Of a DNA stretch of 38,003 nt, positions 27,911 to 37,106 are shown in pieces. A model generated the notes under the pieces. It searched no databases and was not told the DNA's origin. It saw only the letters and a program-made list of their open reading frames with translations. Position 1 is the stretch's first letter, and each line of letters starts with the position of its first letter. Both the position numbers and the translations under genes were made by a program. The stretch is from a virus (taxonomy: Duplodnaviria > Caudoviricetes): IMG/VR virus record IMGVR_UViG_3300016667_000819, positions 1-38,003 of that record; one strand, given 5' to 3'.

Positions 27911-28836
27911 GCCAGTTTCCAATCTCGCTCAAATTCAGCAAGCTCTCTTTTGCTCATGCTAAACTGATTGCGCAGTTCATTTTTTCCGCCAGCCTTATCA
28001 ATCAAGGTCTTAAAACTTTCTGCAAAGCTGACACTCTGTGCGTTGCTGTGTTCGATGAGTTGTTGCAGTAGATTCTTTTCAAGCCTACTCACTGTAGTTG
28101 CGCCTTGCCAATAGTCTTCAAACGCTTCCCATGCGATGGGGCAAATTCTCTTTACATGCTCTGCAATGGGCAGTGCCAATTGTTGAATTTCCATTTGAGC
28201 GTGTGAGTCAACTCTTAGATTAAGATAGTGAAATAGATTCTTTAGGTCAATTTTCCAATACAGTTCAGTGTAGTTGTTCAGCGGGAGCACCATACGTGCA
28301 AGCTCGCGTGCCAACCCCTTACGCTCACCAAGGTTGTAGTTTCTGCCATCTGGATCATTTATGAGGCTGAGATAGTCAAGGTAGTTTTCAGCACTCACAC
28401 GCTGGATTGTGTTGAATGCCATTTCCAACTCTTGGCCTTGCAGTTGCGCACCACTGCCCTGCTTGTTGTCACTGCTTTGTGCTTGCAGTCGGCTCTGTTC
28501 CGGAATATAAAACTCATCAGTCATTACTGAGTATCGTCCACTGTATTCGTTAATTGAGGCCATTCGGTGTCGCACATGTTGCCGCATTACAAAAATTGGC
28601 ATTTTGAGGTGAAACTTGAACTCCACCATCTCAAATGGAGTTGAATGAGAATTTCTCATAAGATAGCGGATCAGTCCGCGATCTTCATTTACTGATTTGG
28701 TGCCAGCACCATAACTGACCCGCGCAGCTTGAACAATAGCAGCATCATCCCCCATATAGTCAATCAAGCCCACAAAGCCTTTGTCAAGCACCTGTGTGTA
28801 TCTGCTGTCGCCAGCCACCTGTTCCCAAGTTGTCAT
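27907..28836 (-). CDS. thyX: Flavin-dependent thymidylate synthase
   Basis: AARVSY, HSTPFE, RQHVRHRMASINEYSGRY (RHRx7S), ELARMVLP, HAQxEI. Confidence 0.96.
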   Translation of the reverse strand: MTTWEQVAGDSRYTQVLDKGFVGLIDYMGDDAAIVQAARVSYGAGTKSVNEDRGLIRYLMRNSHSTPFEMVEFKFHLKMPIFVMRQHVRHRMASINEYSGRYSVMTDEFYIPEQSRLQAQSSDNKQGSGAQLQGQELEMAFNTIQRVSAENYLDYLSLINDPDGRNYNLGERKGLARELARMVLPLNNYTELYWKIDLKNLFHYLNLRVDSHAQMEIQQLALPIAEHVKRICPIAWEAFEDYWQGATTVSRLEKNLLQQLIEHSNAQSVSFAESFKTLIDKAGGKNELRNQFSMSKRELAEFERDWKLA

Positions 28837-28912
28837 CTCATTCTCCAGTATCTATAGCTTATTTTGTGCTAGACACTGGTGTTAAATCAAGTTCAACAGC
28901 CAGCTTATAAAA

Positions 28913-29278
28913 TTAACTTTGTTTGAGCTTTGCTGTCAATTGACGTATTTTAGCAGCTTGACTGGTTTGAGCTCTGCTTTTTTTATAACGACTGCTGGCC
29001 TTCTTGATAACTGAATTGGCATACCGTGTTATATCTTGTTTGAGTCTATCAAAGTCTAATGTTACTTTACAGCTTTCAATCAAGGCATCCTCAGGATCCA
29101 TCATGCGTTCCTGTTCCATGACTGATACAAATTCTTTGCCTGATAATTTTATCCGCTTGCCGTAACGGGTTTTTACTACAGCATCTTTTATGTATTTGGC
29201 AGGAGGTTCAGTATCAAAAGATATACTGTTGAATATAGCCTCCCATTCCAAGTCTTCAGCTGTTTTTTTCTTTGCCAT
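28913..29278 (-). CDS. Hypothetical protein, 121 aa
   Basis: Start re-called to ATG 29278 (GAGGT RBS); TAAATA at 29305-29310. Confidence 0.75.
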   Translation of the reverse strand: MAKKKTAEDLEWEAIFNSISFDTEPPAKYIKDAVVKTRYGKRIKLSGKEFVSVMEQERMMDPEDALIESCKVTLDFDRLKQDITRYANSVIKKASSRYKKSRAQTSQAAKIRQLTAKLKQS

Positions 29279-29340
29279 AGCTACCTCAAGAACTGGAGTT
29301 GCTTTATTTATCAAAGGGTCCAGTCCTTGAGATTTTTATC

Positions 29341-30018
29341 TTAGCTTGCTTGCTTGGCCTTGCTGGTTTTTTTCGGAGCAGGCATTGCTGGCACTTCTTC
29401 AGCAACCACTGCTGTTGGTTGTGGTTTCTTAGTTGGTTTCAAACTGGGATCAATACGATAAGCTTGTTCTCTTTTGCTATGAGCATCCAGCTCCAGCATG
29501 CGAGCCATTTCCAACAGATTGGCAGCTTGTGCTCTAGTTGCACCAGTGTTTTCATTTTCAGAATTCACTGCATGAACATTGAACTTCTTGAGATCAGCAG
29601 CAACCATTGCTTTGGTTTCAGGATCAAGATCATCAAAGCCCTGGGGCACAGTTTCTTGCGATGACATGGCTGAGATAACGTCAGTAAGTGGCCAACGAAC
29701 CCCTCTACGAGGAACCATGGTTACGTTTGTTACTGGGGTTTTTTGAAGCCTATTGCTTTGATGAAACTTAACCAGCATGCTTGTTGAGCTGCCGTCAGGG
29801 CTGGGTCGCCGGGCCAAAACATCAGCTAAATTCTTTGCCTGCTGTCCTTCTGTGCTTTCAACAACCTTGCGGAGAGCTTCATTATACATGTCAGGCAAAG
29901 CATCTGTATCAATTACCAATGCGTGTGCAGGATCTTCAGGCAATTGCATGAAAACAACCACAACATTTTTACCTGTGTTGTTTAGTTGCCCTGTGTGGCG
30001 GTACATGTTGTCAAACAT
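29341..30018 (-). CDS. Hypothetical phage protein, 225 aa
   Basis: AAGGAG RBS; HxG...LVxxTxxLP...VESxEGQ...LARR pattern, recalled from large phages. Confidence 0.8.
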   Translation of the reverse strand: MFDNMYRHTGQLNNTGKNVVVVFMQLPEDPAHALVIDTDALPDMYNEALRKVVESTEGQQAKNLADVLARRPSPDGSSTSMLVKFHQSNRLQKTPVTNVTMVPRRGVRWPLTDVISAMSSQETVPQGFDDLDPETKAMVAADLKKFNVHAVNSENENTGATRAQAANLLEMARMLELDAHSKREQAYRIDPSLKPTKKPQPTAVVAEEVPAMPAPKKTSKAKQAS

Positions 30019-30029
30019 AAATGATCTCC

Positions 30030-30251
30030 TTAACTGGCTGCTGGATTGGTGTTTTTGTCTTCAGCAACACCCACGAAGCTTTGAATTTTGTCGTAAAGTC
30101 CAGCAACAGAACTCAACTCTGGACCGCGAAAGGCGCCTCGCTGAGTACACAAATCAATTAAAACCAATACATTTTTGAGATCAGTAATTGTTATTTCAGT
30201 TACCCCTGATGTGTTTGGGGGAGGAATGTTTTCCTCAAGTGTTTCGCTCAT
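30030..30251 (-). CDS. Small hypothetical phage protein, 73 aa
   Basis: Start re-called to ATG 30251 (AGGAG RBS); DLxxxxxxIDxxxxRGAF motif. Confidence 0.75.
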   Translation of the reverse strand: MSETLEENIPPPNTSGVTEITITDLKNVLVLIDLCTQRGAFRGPELSSVAGLYDKIQSFVGVAEDKNTNPAAS

Positions 30252-30276
30252 TAGTATTCTCCTATAGGTTACAAGA

Positions 30277-30858
30277 CTATGTTTGTTTTGCAATAACCTT
30301 GTCAATATTTTTGTAGGGCTCACGCACTGAAACCAAACTGGGCGACCAGCCAATATAAGGGATCCAGTTGCTGTTGGGAACAATCACAGGCTGTTTTTTG
30401 ACTTTGCTAATGATTTCACCAATGCTGGGTTTATAAGGCAGCCTTTGTGGATGCACGTCCAATCGATGGCCTTTCCGTGTGTTGCATCTGCTGCATGCCA
30501 TAGTGACATTGGTCCAAGTTGTTTTCCCTCCATGGCATCGTGGGATCACATGCTCAATAGTGAGACTTTTGGCGTCAAATATTTGATTACAATACTGGCA
30601 AGTGTAATTGTCTCTTATGCACAAGTTTTGTTTGTTGAACTTAACACTTCTGCTTGATTTAACATAGGTTTTTGAAACAACTACACTAGGAACTTGCATA
30701 GTAACACTGGGGCTATGAACAAACCAATCAGAGTATTGCTCTATAACATCCACTTGAGAAAGATAAATCAGCTTGATGGCTTCTTTCCAGTTAATTGCGC
30801 TCAAAGGAGCTACACCCAAGGGACTGTAATCAGCATTGAGTACTAATGTGGCATTCAT
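30277..30858 (-). CDS. HNH endonuclease (McrA-like)
   Basis: LVLNADY, RDxxxCQYC, EHVIP...GG, WxN...ACxRCN; TAAATA at 30884-30889. Confidence 0.9.
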   Translation of the reverse strand: MNATLVLNADYSPLGVAPLSAINWKEAIKLIYLSQVDVIEQYSDWFVHSPSVTMQVPSVVVSKTYVKSSRSVKFNKQNLCIRDNYTCQYCNQIFDAKSLTIEHVIPRCHGGKTTWTNVTMACSRCNTRKGHRLDVHPQRLPYKPSIGEIISKVKKQPVIVPNSNWIPYIGWSPSLVSVREPYKNIDKVIAKQT

Positions 30859-30886
30859 AACACACCTTTTTTATCTGCTATGATAT

Positions 30887-32119
30887 TTAACTGTCAAAAT
30901 AGTAAGGCAAGACTTCATTGCTTTCAATATCAACAAAAAGTGACCCCAAACGTCCACCCTTACTGCTGCCACAATCTGTGACAAATGCCTTGCCTCCTCT
31001 GGGATTGGCTTTTTCCACTACGTTATAGGACACTCTATCAAGCCAGTCATGCCCCACTACCACTGTATGATCACAAGGTATATGTTGCACCCAATCCCAA
31101 ATTCGATTAGGGTATCCATCACCTCTGGTTGGTGACACAGTGTCTACTTCACCAAAATAGGCCATATTGGCGCACATTCCTTGTAGTCTGCGTTCATTGT
31201 TTGTCCACATTGTTTGTGTGGCAGCACCATGTGTGAACAAAAATTTATCAATAACCATATGGTTGAAACTCCAGTTTCTCAAGGCGGTCCAAGCTGCAAG
31301 AAACTTTCTCTTACGACTTTCATTAAGGCTATTGATTTCGCGAATAGTTGTTAAGTTGGCCTCACTTAGCTTGCCGTTGAAGTTTTCTCCAAAATCACTT
31401 CTGATCCATCTGTCTATCTTTCGTTCATGATTACCCCAGATCATAAACGCTTGGCCATCCCGCACAGTTTCATATGCCAGCCTCAAGCATTTGAGATTGT
31501 GGGGCCCATAATCCACCACGTCGCCCAGCCACACAATTGTTGCCTTCTGTTTCTCGGCACATTGTAATGCCTGTTGCATCCCTGCAAAATTGCCATGCAC
31601 GTCTCCCACTGCAAGGATCTTGTTTGTTTTCAATTGTTGTGGGAAATCCACTATGGATTCTTGTCCAGAAAGTATAGAGACAGTCCCGCACTCCACATTC
31701 ATTACTTGTGTCTGGACATTCTTCCATATACTGAAACTTCTGCGCAACGCCTCTTGATCAGCTGAAGGACCAGCATACTCCTGCAGAGTTTTCCAGTCAA
31801 TGTCAAACGGTTTGATATAAGCCTCTACGCCATATTTTTGGGCAATAGACAGTAGTGTTTGTCTATCTTTGTCTTTCAAGTTAGTAGCGTCCACAACCAC
31901 ACGCTGACCATGAGCCAACGCCACATCTGCTCTACGATATAGTTCTTGCCAAATGCTGGGCAGAATATCTAGAGTATTGCTGCTACCTGTCAGCTGCTTC
32001 TTGAGAGCTGAAATACTGATGATTTCTTGAGAAGGAAAATGGGTTTCGGCCCAACTTGTTTTGCCGCTGCTGTTGGGCCCAACTAAAATCACAAGACTGT
32101 GTAATGGTATCTTTTTCAT
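30887..32119 (-). CDS. Pnkp-like P-loop kinase plus metallophosphoesterase, without a ligase domain
   Basis: GPNSSGKT, VVDATN; GDVHG, GDVVDYG, GNHE, THG, GH, DCG motifs. Confidence 0.88.
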   Translation of the reverse strand: MKKIPLHSLVILVGPNSSGKTSWAETHFPSQEIISISALKKQLTGSSNTLDILPSIWQELYRRADVALAHGQRVVVDATNLKDKDRQTLLSIAQKYGVEAYIKPFDIDWKTLQEYAGPSADQEALRRSFSIWKNVQTQVMNVECGTVSILSGQESIVDFPQQLKTNKILAVGDVHGNFAGMQQALQCAEKQKATIVWLGDVVDYGPHNLKCLRLAYETVRDGQAFMIWGNHERKIDRWIRSDFGENFNGKLSEANLTTIREINSLNESRKRKFLAAWTALRNWSFNHMVIDKFLFTHGAATQTMWTNNERRLQGMCANMAYFGEVDTVSPTRGDGYPNRIWDWVQHIPCDHTVVVGHDWLDRVSYNVVEKANPRGGKAFVTDCGSSKGGRLGSLFVDIESNEVLPYYFDS

Positions 32120-32124
32120 GCTTA

Positions 32125-32152
32125 ACTATAGCATGAAATCTCAGGGTGTCAA
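32125..32152 (-). promoter_or_regulatory. Sigma70-type promoter P10: TTGACA-16-TATAGT
   Basis: The -35 TGA is the stop of 32149..32346; ATG 5 nt after the -10 box. Confidence 0.8.
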
Positions 32153-32346
32153 CGAAACCAATCCAATAAGCCAGCAACTGCCCCTGCAATCCCAGTCACT
32201 ATAGCCAAAAAACTGACCCCAAACACACCGCTTGAGGTCCACACACAACCATATAACTGATACACCCATGAGGCAAGAAATCCACTCGCAGCAAAAGCGC
32301 ACAATGCACCTACATATGCAACAACTATTATTGCGAGTGTTTTCAT
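32149..32346 (-). CDS. Small membrane protein, 65 aa
   Basis: Two hydrophobic helices; TAAATA at 32370-32375. Confidence 0.7.
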   Translation of the reverse strand: MKTLAIIVVAYVGALCAFAASGFLASWVYQLYGCVWTSSGVFGVSFLAIVTGIAGAVAGLLDWFR

Positions 32347-32391
32347 TGCCTGCCTTGGTAATAGTCTCCTATTTATGGATTCCAGACATTT

Positions 32392-33492
32392 TCAAACCCG
32401 GAAGCCAAACGCCACAGGCACGTTCACTTCAGCCGTGTCAATGTCACGATTGAAAACTTCGCTCAGTGTCCAACGCTCTTTGCTGTTCCATTTTTGCGCA
32501 GGTTCACCAGCAGCCTCAGCCGCAAGAGCAGCCTCATTTGGACTCATGCTTCGAAATTCCACTGCACTGTAGCAGCGCCCCTTCCTCAGCAGTGCTGGAT
32601 CCACCTTGCTCATTTGGCTGATGTTGGTGGTGAACACCATCTTTTTGCTGGCCACCTTCACAATGCCGTCACTCACATTCAGGAACTTGCTCATGATCTT
32701 GTTTTGCTCGCTTTCTCGATTGCTGAGCAGCAGGTCAGCATCTTCAATGATCATGATGTTGTGCTCATCATCAGCTAGGAAGTCGATGAAAAAGCGATCA
32801 TCGCGGAGGATATCTTCATCATAGCTGACGATGGCATTCATGCGCCGGCTGCAAATCAGGTGCTTCAAAAAGCTGGTTTTGCCAGTGCCTGGCGGCCCAT
32901 ACAAGAGCAGCACAGTGGCAGTGCTGTTCAGGTAGTCGTCAATGAAAGCATCGACTCCCTGAGTGAACCAAGGATAGAAGCTGTTTTGGATCTTGTTGTC
33001 TTGATCCACATACAGGCTGCGATAGTCCACTTGATTGCCGTCCTTGTAGTACCAGGTGATTTTGGTGAAGCTGCGATCCTGAAATGCGTCCTCCACAGCC
33101 TTCATCAGCTGGTCCACGCTGTCAGGCAAGCCGTAGGCCTCGATATTTGCTCGATTTACACGAACGCCCCCCTCCTCGTAGCCCCAGCTTCGACGGCTGT
33201 TGGCACTGCGCTGCTCACCAAGGATGAACATGTGTTCATTCTGCACCATCCAGTAGTCGGGATCCACCTGCACAAACTGCCATGAGCCACGAGCCTCAGG
33301 AAAGGTTTTGTTGAGCAGGCTTTCCATGCCCTTGAAAATGTCCACAATGTTGCGGCGCATTTCCAGCTTCACTGCCCTGCACACCACCATGTGCGTACCA
33401 GTCTGTGCTCGGAGAAAATCCAATCGCACCTTGTTGCAAAGGCCGTGCCCAAAATGATCTTCCCTGATACCAAAGTCTACGTTTTCAAACAT
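32392..33492 (-). CDS. AAA+ ATPase (BCS1-like), 366 aa
   Basis: GPPGTGKT, IIEDAD, FLNxxDG, TTN, DPALLRxGR. Confidence 0.9.
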   Translation of the reverse strand: MFENVDFGIREDHFGHGLCNKVRLDFLRAQTGTHMVVCRAVKLEMRRNIVDIFKGMESLLNKTFPEARGSWQFVQVDPDYWMVQNEHMFILGEQRSANSRRSWGYEEGGVRVNRANIEAYGLPDSVDQLMKAVEDAFQDRSFTKITWYYKDGNQVDYRSLYVDQDNKIQNSFYPWFTQGVDAFIDDYLNSTATVLLLYGPPGTGKTSFLKHLICSRRMNAIVSYDEDILRDDRFFIDFLADDEHNIMIIEDADLLLSNRESEQNKIMSKFLNVSDGIVKVASKKMVFTTNISQMSKVDPALLRKGRCYSAVEFRSMSPNEAALAAEAAGEPAQKWNSKERWTLSEVFNRDIDTAEVNVPVAFGFRV

Positions 33493-33520
33493 GTGTTTTC
33501 CCGACTGCTGATGTTCAGCT

Positions 33521-33548
33521 GTTATACGCGATGTTTTGAGTCAGTCAA
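33521..33548 (-). promoter_or_regulatory. Sigma70-type promoter P11: TTGACT-16-TATAAC
   Basis: The TAA in the -10 box is the stop of the upstream gene. Confidence 0.65.
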
Positions 33549-33791
33549 GCTTTTGATCAAATACAAGAGTGCCTCGTACCTTTGATACTCATCCTGCAAG
33601 TCCTGATGTTGTCTACGTAAAATTTGTTCTTGATATTGATCATACAAATCTTCTGCCAAATGCAGCATCTCATCCCAGGGCATTCTGATTGCAATCACAT
33701 CAGCATCGCGATCTACACTGGTGGCCACAACATTGAAATGGTCATAAAACCAGTTCACTGCCATGCGCCGCTTGTTTTCAGTGTTAACCAT
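33522..33791 (-). CDS. Hypothetical protein, about 89 aa
   Basis: ATG 33791 overlaps the end of the aldolase gene. Confidence 0.65.
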   Translation of the reverse strand: MVNTENKRRMAVNWFYDHFNVVATSVDRDADVIAIRMPWDEMLHLAEDLYDQYQEQILRRQHQDLQDEYQRYEALLYLIKSLTDSKHRV

Positions 33792-34440
33792 TTTGGTTGC
33801 GATATCCACCAGCAGCCAGCACGATCTCGCAAACGTGGTTCAGTCGCTCGATGTGACCATAGGCCAGCCAAGGATCCACATCCACTGCCACAACACCATG
33901 CATGTGCAAACCAATGATGTGGCTGTTGATGCTGCCGTCCTCTTTCACATCAAATGCCTCAGCAACAGCCCTACCCAGGTCAGTGCTTTGAGCTTGCACC
34001 TTGCCCACTGTTGGGCCAACTGTGGTGTGGTTCTCCAGCTCAGGAAAATCTCGCACAATCTTCTGTAGGTCCATACCAGCATACATGGCAGCAACAATGT
34101 GGGTGGGGTGCAGATGCAGCACCACTCGATTTGAGGTGGGAGTGTTCACTTGCAGCCAATAGTGGAATGGCAGTTCCCCACTGGGTCGCAGCCCAATAAT
34201 CCGCTGCTGGTAAGGATCATCAGCACGCCGCATCCTGCTCCATGCATCTGGGCTCATGGGATCTTCCGCGAAGTAGAGCTTGATCATGCTCTCGCTGGTG
34301 AGAGCCTGTTTGCGCACTCCAGTGGGTGTGATATACATGCAGTTTTGCACCTGCCTCCGCAGACTCACATTGCCGTCTCGTGTGGTGATCCATCCACGAG
34401 CATATGCGGTTTGCATAACCTCAGCCATTGTATCTAACAT
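33784..34440 (-). CDS. Class II aldolase/adducin family protein, 218 aa
   Basis: GNVS, ITPTG, PSGE, HLHP, HG zinc-site motifs; start re-called to ATG 34440 (AAGGA RBS). Confidence 0.88.
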   Translation of the reverse strand: MLDTMAEVMQTAYARGWITTRDGNVSLRRQVQNCMYITPTGVRKQALTSESMIKLYFAEDPMSPDAWSRMRRADDPYQQRIIGLRPSGELPFHYWLQVNTPTSNRVVLHLHPTHIVAAMYAGMDLQKIVRDFPELENHTTVGPTVGKVQAQSTDLGRAVAEAFDVKEDGSINSHIIGLHMHGVVAVDVDPWLAYGHIERLNHVCEIVLAAGGYRNQNG

Positions 34441-34450
34441 TGCTTTCCTT

Positions 34451-34747
34451 TCAAATTTGTGAAAAAACCAAATAAGTCTCAAGAGCATCGTCCCTGTTGG
34501 TAAACCAGTATTCCTGATACACATAGGTGCAGATGCTGCCGCGTTTCCAAATGCTATTGGGCGGGGAGTTCTTATTGGTGAAGATTTTGGTCCAGTATTC
34601 GTGATCGTCCATGCCAAATCTCTCAATAAGCCAGTTCAAAACCTGTGGCTCATGTGCATTGGTGCTGTTGGGCAAACGCACTACCCAACTGCTAACGCCG
34701 CCCATGGGAAACTCAAATACACAACAAGTTTCGACTTCTTTTGGCAC
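34451..34747 (-). CDS. Small Trp-rich protein (WC-x3-FG family)
   Basis: NWLIERFG...W...WFTNRDDALETYLVF. Confidence 0.7.
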   Translation of the reverse strand: MPKEVETCCVFEFPMGGVSSWVVRLPNSTNAHEPQVLNWLIERFGMDDHEYWTKIFTNKNSPPNSIWKRGSICTYVYQEYWFTNRDDALETYLVFSQI

Positions 34748-34756
34748 ACACTCTCT

Positions 34757-34957
34757 TCAACTCAGTTTTCTATAAAATACCTCATACACTGCGTAATCAA
34801 ACCCAGGATCGGCATTTTGCACACGTTCCAATGTTCGTGTGGCATCCTCTATTGTACCACGATGGATCTCACCATGCAAGTAATAGACGCAGAGATTGTG
34901 GGGGTCCTGCTCGTCCCATGGACGTGCAATCACATAGTTGATGGTTTCGTCATTCAT
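34757..34957 (-). CDS. Hypothetical protein, 66 aa
   Basis: Start re-called to ATG 34957 (GAGGA RBS), overlapping the upstream stop. Confidence 0.65.
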   Translation of the reverse strand: MNDETINYVIARPWDEQDPHNLCVYYLHGEIHRGTIEDATRTLERVQNADPGFDYAVYEVFYRKLS

Positions 34958-35339
34958 CTGCGTCCTCGTAAGCTGGGTTTTCAAAGCCAGGTTCACCAAC
35001 TGGACCACCAAAATATTCCGTTCCTTGAGTCTCTCGCCAGTGTCGGGCAAAGTCCAGCGCATCCTGTTCCGTGTTGAAACCAGAGTAGGGGTCAACAAGT
35101 GCGACCCACCCATTTTTCCTCCCCACAGTTTCTCCCCAATAGAGAAATTCAGGTGCACCAGTTTTTCCAACAGAGATTTCCACCCGAGTGATCTCTTTTT
35201 GCCTGGCACTGATTTGTAGAGTATCTTCCCGGCGGGAATATTCTTTGCCTTCGTGAGTAATTGTAACAACTTCGTGGTGATTCAGAACCCGAGGGCTCCA
35301 AAAAGTATAACCTGGTGAGAATGGAACTGTGATTCGCAT
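34950..35339 (-). CDS. Hypothetical protein, 129 aa
   Basis: ATG 35339 with AAGGAG RBS, downstream of P12. Confidence 0.75.
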   Translation of the reverse strand: MRITVPFSPGYTFWSPRVLNHHEVVTITHEGKEYSRREDTLQISARQKEITRVEISVGKTGAPEFLYWGETVGRKNGWVALVDPYSGFNTEQDALDFARHWRETQGTEYFGGPVGEPGFENPAYEDADE

Positions 35340-35361
35340 GCTTAAACTCCTTTGCCTTGGC

Positions 35362-35389
35362 AAGTTAACGGATAATTGTTGTGTGTCAA
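35362..35389 (-). promoter_or_regulatory. Sigma70-type promoter P12: TTGACA-16-TAACTT
   Basis: The -35 TGA is the stop of 35386..35622. Confidence 0.65.
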
Positions 35390-35622
35390 CGTCGACGTTT
35401 TTGACGTATAATGTAAGGGGCACGCCACAGTGCCATCAAAACCCACACAAGATATGTGAAAACGGGTGTGCCGCCAAACAGCATCACCCAGTAGAGATCT
35501 AAAGTAAATCCGGCAACCATTGGTGTGAGAAACAGCAGGAAACGCAGTGTTCCATTTGTCGCAGCTAGTGAATCATACCATTGATTTTGTTGGTAGATTT
35601 TTTGTAAAATCCAGCAAATCAT
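35386..35622 (-). CDS. Small membrane protein, 78 aa
   Basis: Two TM segments and a basic tail; ATGA coupling to galE. Confidence 0.7.
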   Translation of the reverse strand: MICWILQKIYQQNQWYDSLAATNGTLRFLLFLTPMVAGFTLDLYWVMLFGGTPVFTYLVWVLMALWRAPYIIRQKRRR

Positions 35623-36605
35623 GTGTTATACCCCTTTGGATGTGTGAGTCGCCATTTGTAAGCTGAGACCACCATTGTGTCGAGATCACTCATTTGCGGT
35701 TGCCAAGCCAGCAGTCTCTGTGCCGCCATGCTGTTGGCAACAAGCACAGCTGGATCACCTTCTCGTCTCTTACCCACTGAGTGAGGCACCTTAACTCCCG
35801 TGACCCGCTCAACAGCATCAATTACCTGGCGAACACTGTAGCCGTGAGAGGTGCCTAGATTGAGCTTGAAGCTGCCCTGGTGAAGCTGTGGCACGCAAGC
35901 CAAATGAGCACGGGCCAAGTCCTCCACATGCACATAATCTCTCACACAGGTGCCATCGGGAGTTGGGTAATCATCACCAAAGATCTCGAGGGCGCCTCTA
36001 CGACCCAAGGCTGCGTCAATACACAAAGGAATGAGATGTGTCTCTGGATGGTGACTCTCGCCCAACACTCCGTTTCTGTCTGCTCCTGCTGCATTGAAAT
36101 AACGCAAGCATGCTGAACGCAATCCATGTGCAGTGTCGGCCCAAGAGAGCATTTGTTCAATCATCAACTTGCTGTGGCCATACGGATTTACTGGCCACGT
36201 TGGGTAGTCTTCTGTGATAGGCCTTTCACCGGCGTCTCCATACACTGCTGCGGTTGAGCTGAAGACCAATCGGTCCACACCTGAAGCTACACACTCTTCA
36301 ATCAAGTTGAGTGTGTTAACCACATTGGCTCGAAAGTAGCCCAATGGATCACGCAAGCTGTCTCCTACCAAGCTCAGTGCTGCAAAATGGAACACACATG
36401 TCCACGGTCCATCACCTAGTGTTTGTCGCACAAAATCTCTGTTGGCCAAACTGCCTTGATACAGTTTCACACCGGCGGGCACTGCCTCTCTATGTCCTGT
36501 GCTGAGATCATCCAGCACTGCTACTACAGCACCTTTCTCAGCCAACAGCTTAACCAAGTGACTGCCAATGTATCCGGCACCGCCAACTACCAAAAACTTG
36601 CTCAC
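35619..36605 (-). CDS. galE: UDP-glucose 4-epimerase
   Basis: GGAGYIGSH, HFAA, FSSTAAVYG, YGHSK (YxxxK), LRYFN, DGTCVRDYVHV, RRxGD. Confidence 0.95.
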   Translation of the reverse strand: MSKFLVVGGAGYIGSHLVKLLAEKGAVVAVLDDLSTGHREAVPAGVKLYQGSLANRDFVRQTLGDGPWTCVFHFAALSLVGDSLRDPLGYFRANVVNTLNLIEECVASGVDRLVFSSTAAVYGDAGERPITEDYPTWPVNPYGHSKLMIEQMLSWADTAHGLRSACLRYFNAAGADRNGVLGESHHPETHLIPLCIDAALGRRGALEIFGDDYPTPDGTCVRDYVHVEDLARAHLACVPQLHQGSFKLNLGTSHGYSVRQVIDAVERVTGVKVPHSVGKRREGDPAVLVANSMAAQRLLAWQPQMSDLDTMVVSAYKWRLTHPKGYNT

Positions 36606-36618
36606 TTGTGTTTTCCTT

Positions 36619-36819
36619 TCAACAACAAGCCAATTGAAAATACGCTAGATCGTCTTCAGTGGAGAAACAATACCAATACACCTTGCGTTTGGGGTCATAC
36701 AAGTGATACCAGTCAGTTAACCAGTCCCCGATGTTTTGGCGACACCACTTGGTATGCTGCATCAGATCTTTGATTGTGACGGTGCAAGCCACCTTATGTT
36801 GAAACATAGATTCGGTCAT
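36619..36819 (-). CDS. Small Trp-rich protein (WC-x3-FG family)
   Basis: KWCRQNIG...W...FSTEDDLAYFQL. Confidence 0.7.
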   Translation of the reverse strand: MTESMFQHKVACTVTIKDLMQHTKWCRQNIGDWLTDWYHLYDPKRKVYWYCFSTEDDLAYFQLACC

Positions 36820-37106
36820 GGATACCTGTCAATACTGTAGAGAGGTAGGTCATGTAGTATCTTCTCCACATCAAGTCCACGACGGAGCAGTTCTTGTGCC
36901 ACTTGATCAAGGTAGATGTGATAGTTCACTAGGTGGTTGCGGGCAAGATAGGTGTAGCGTAGCAGTGCCACCATCTCCACTTCTGTTTGAGTTGTGGGAT
37001 CCATGTTGCCCAAGATGCTGTCCAGTTCTTGATAGCGTTCCTCACCGACCAAGGTGAAGATCTCTCGAGCCAAAAATTTCAAATATGTGCTGCTCACAGT
37101 GTTCAT
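36816..37106 (-). CDS. Hypothetical protein, 96 aa
   Basis: ATG 37106 in ATGA overlap with the upstream stop. Confidence 0.7.
   Translation of the reverse strand: MNTVSSTYLKFLAREIFTLVGEERYQELDSILGNMDPTTQTEVEMVALLRYTYLARNHLVNYHIYLDQVAQELLRRGLDVEKILHDLPLYSIDRYP

Noticed and set aside
30277-30858. HNH gene as a homing endonuclease or intron
   Set aside because: It has McrA-like standalone architecture and neither neighbour is interrupted.
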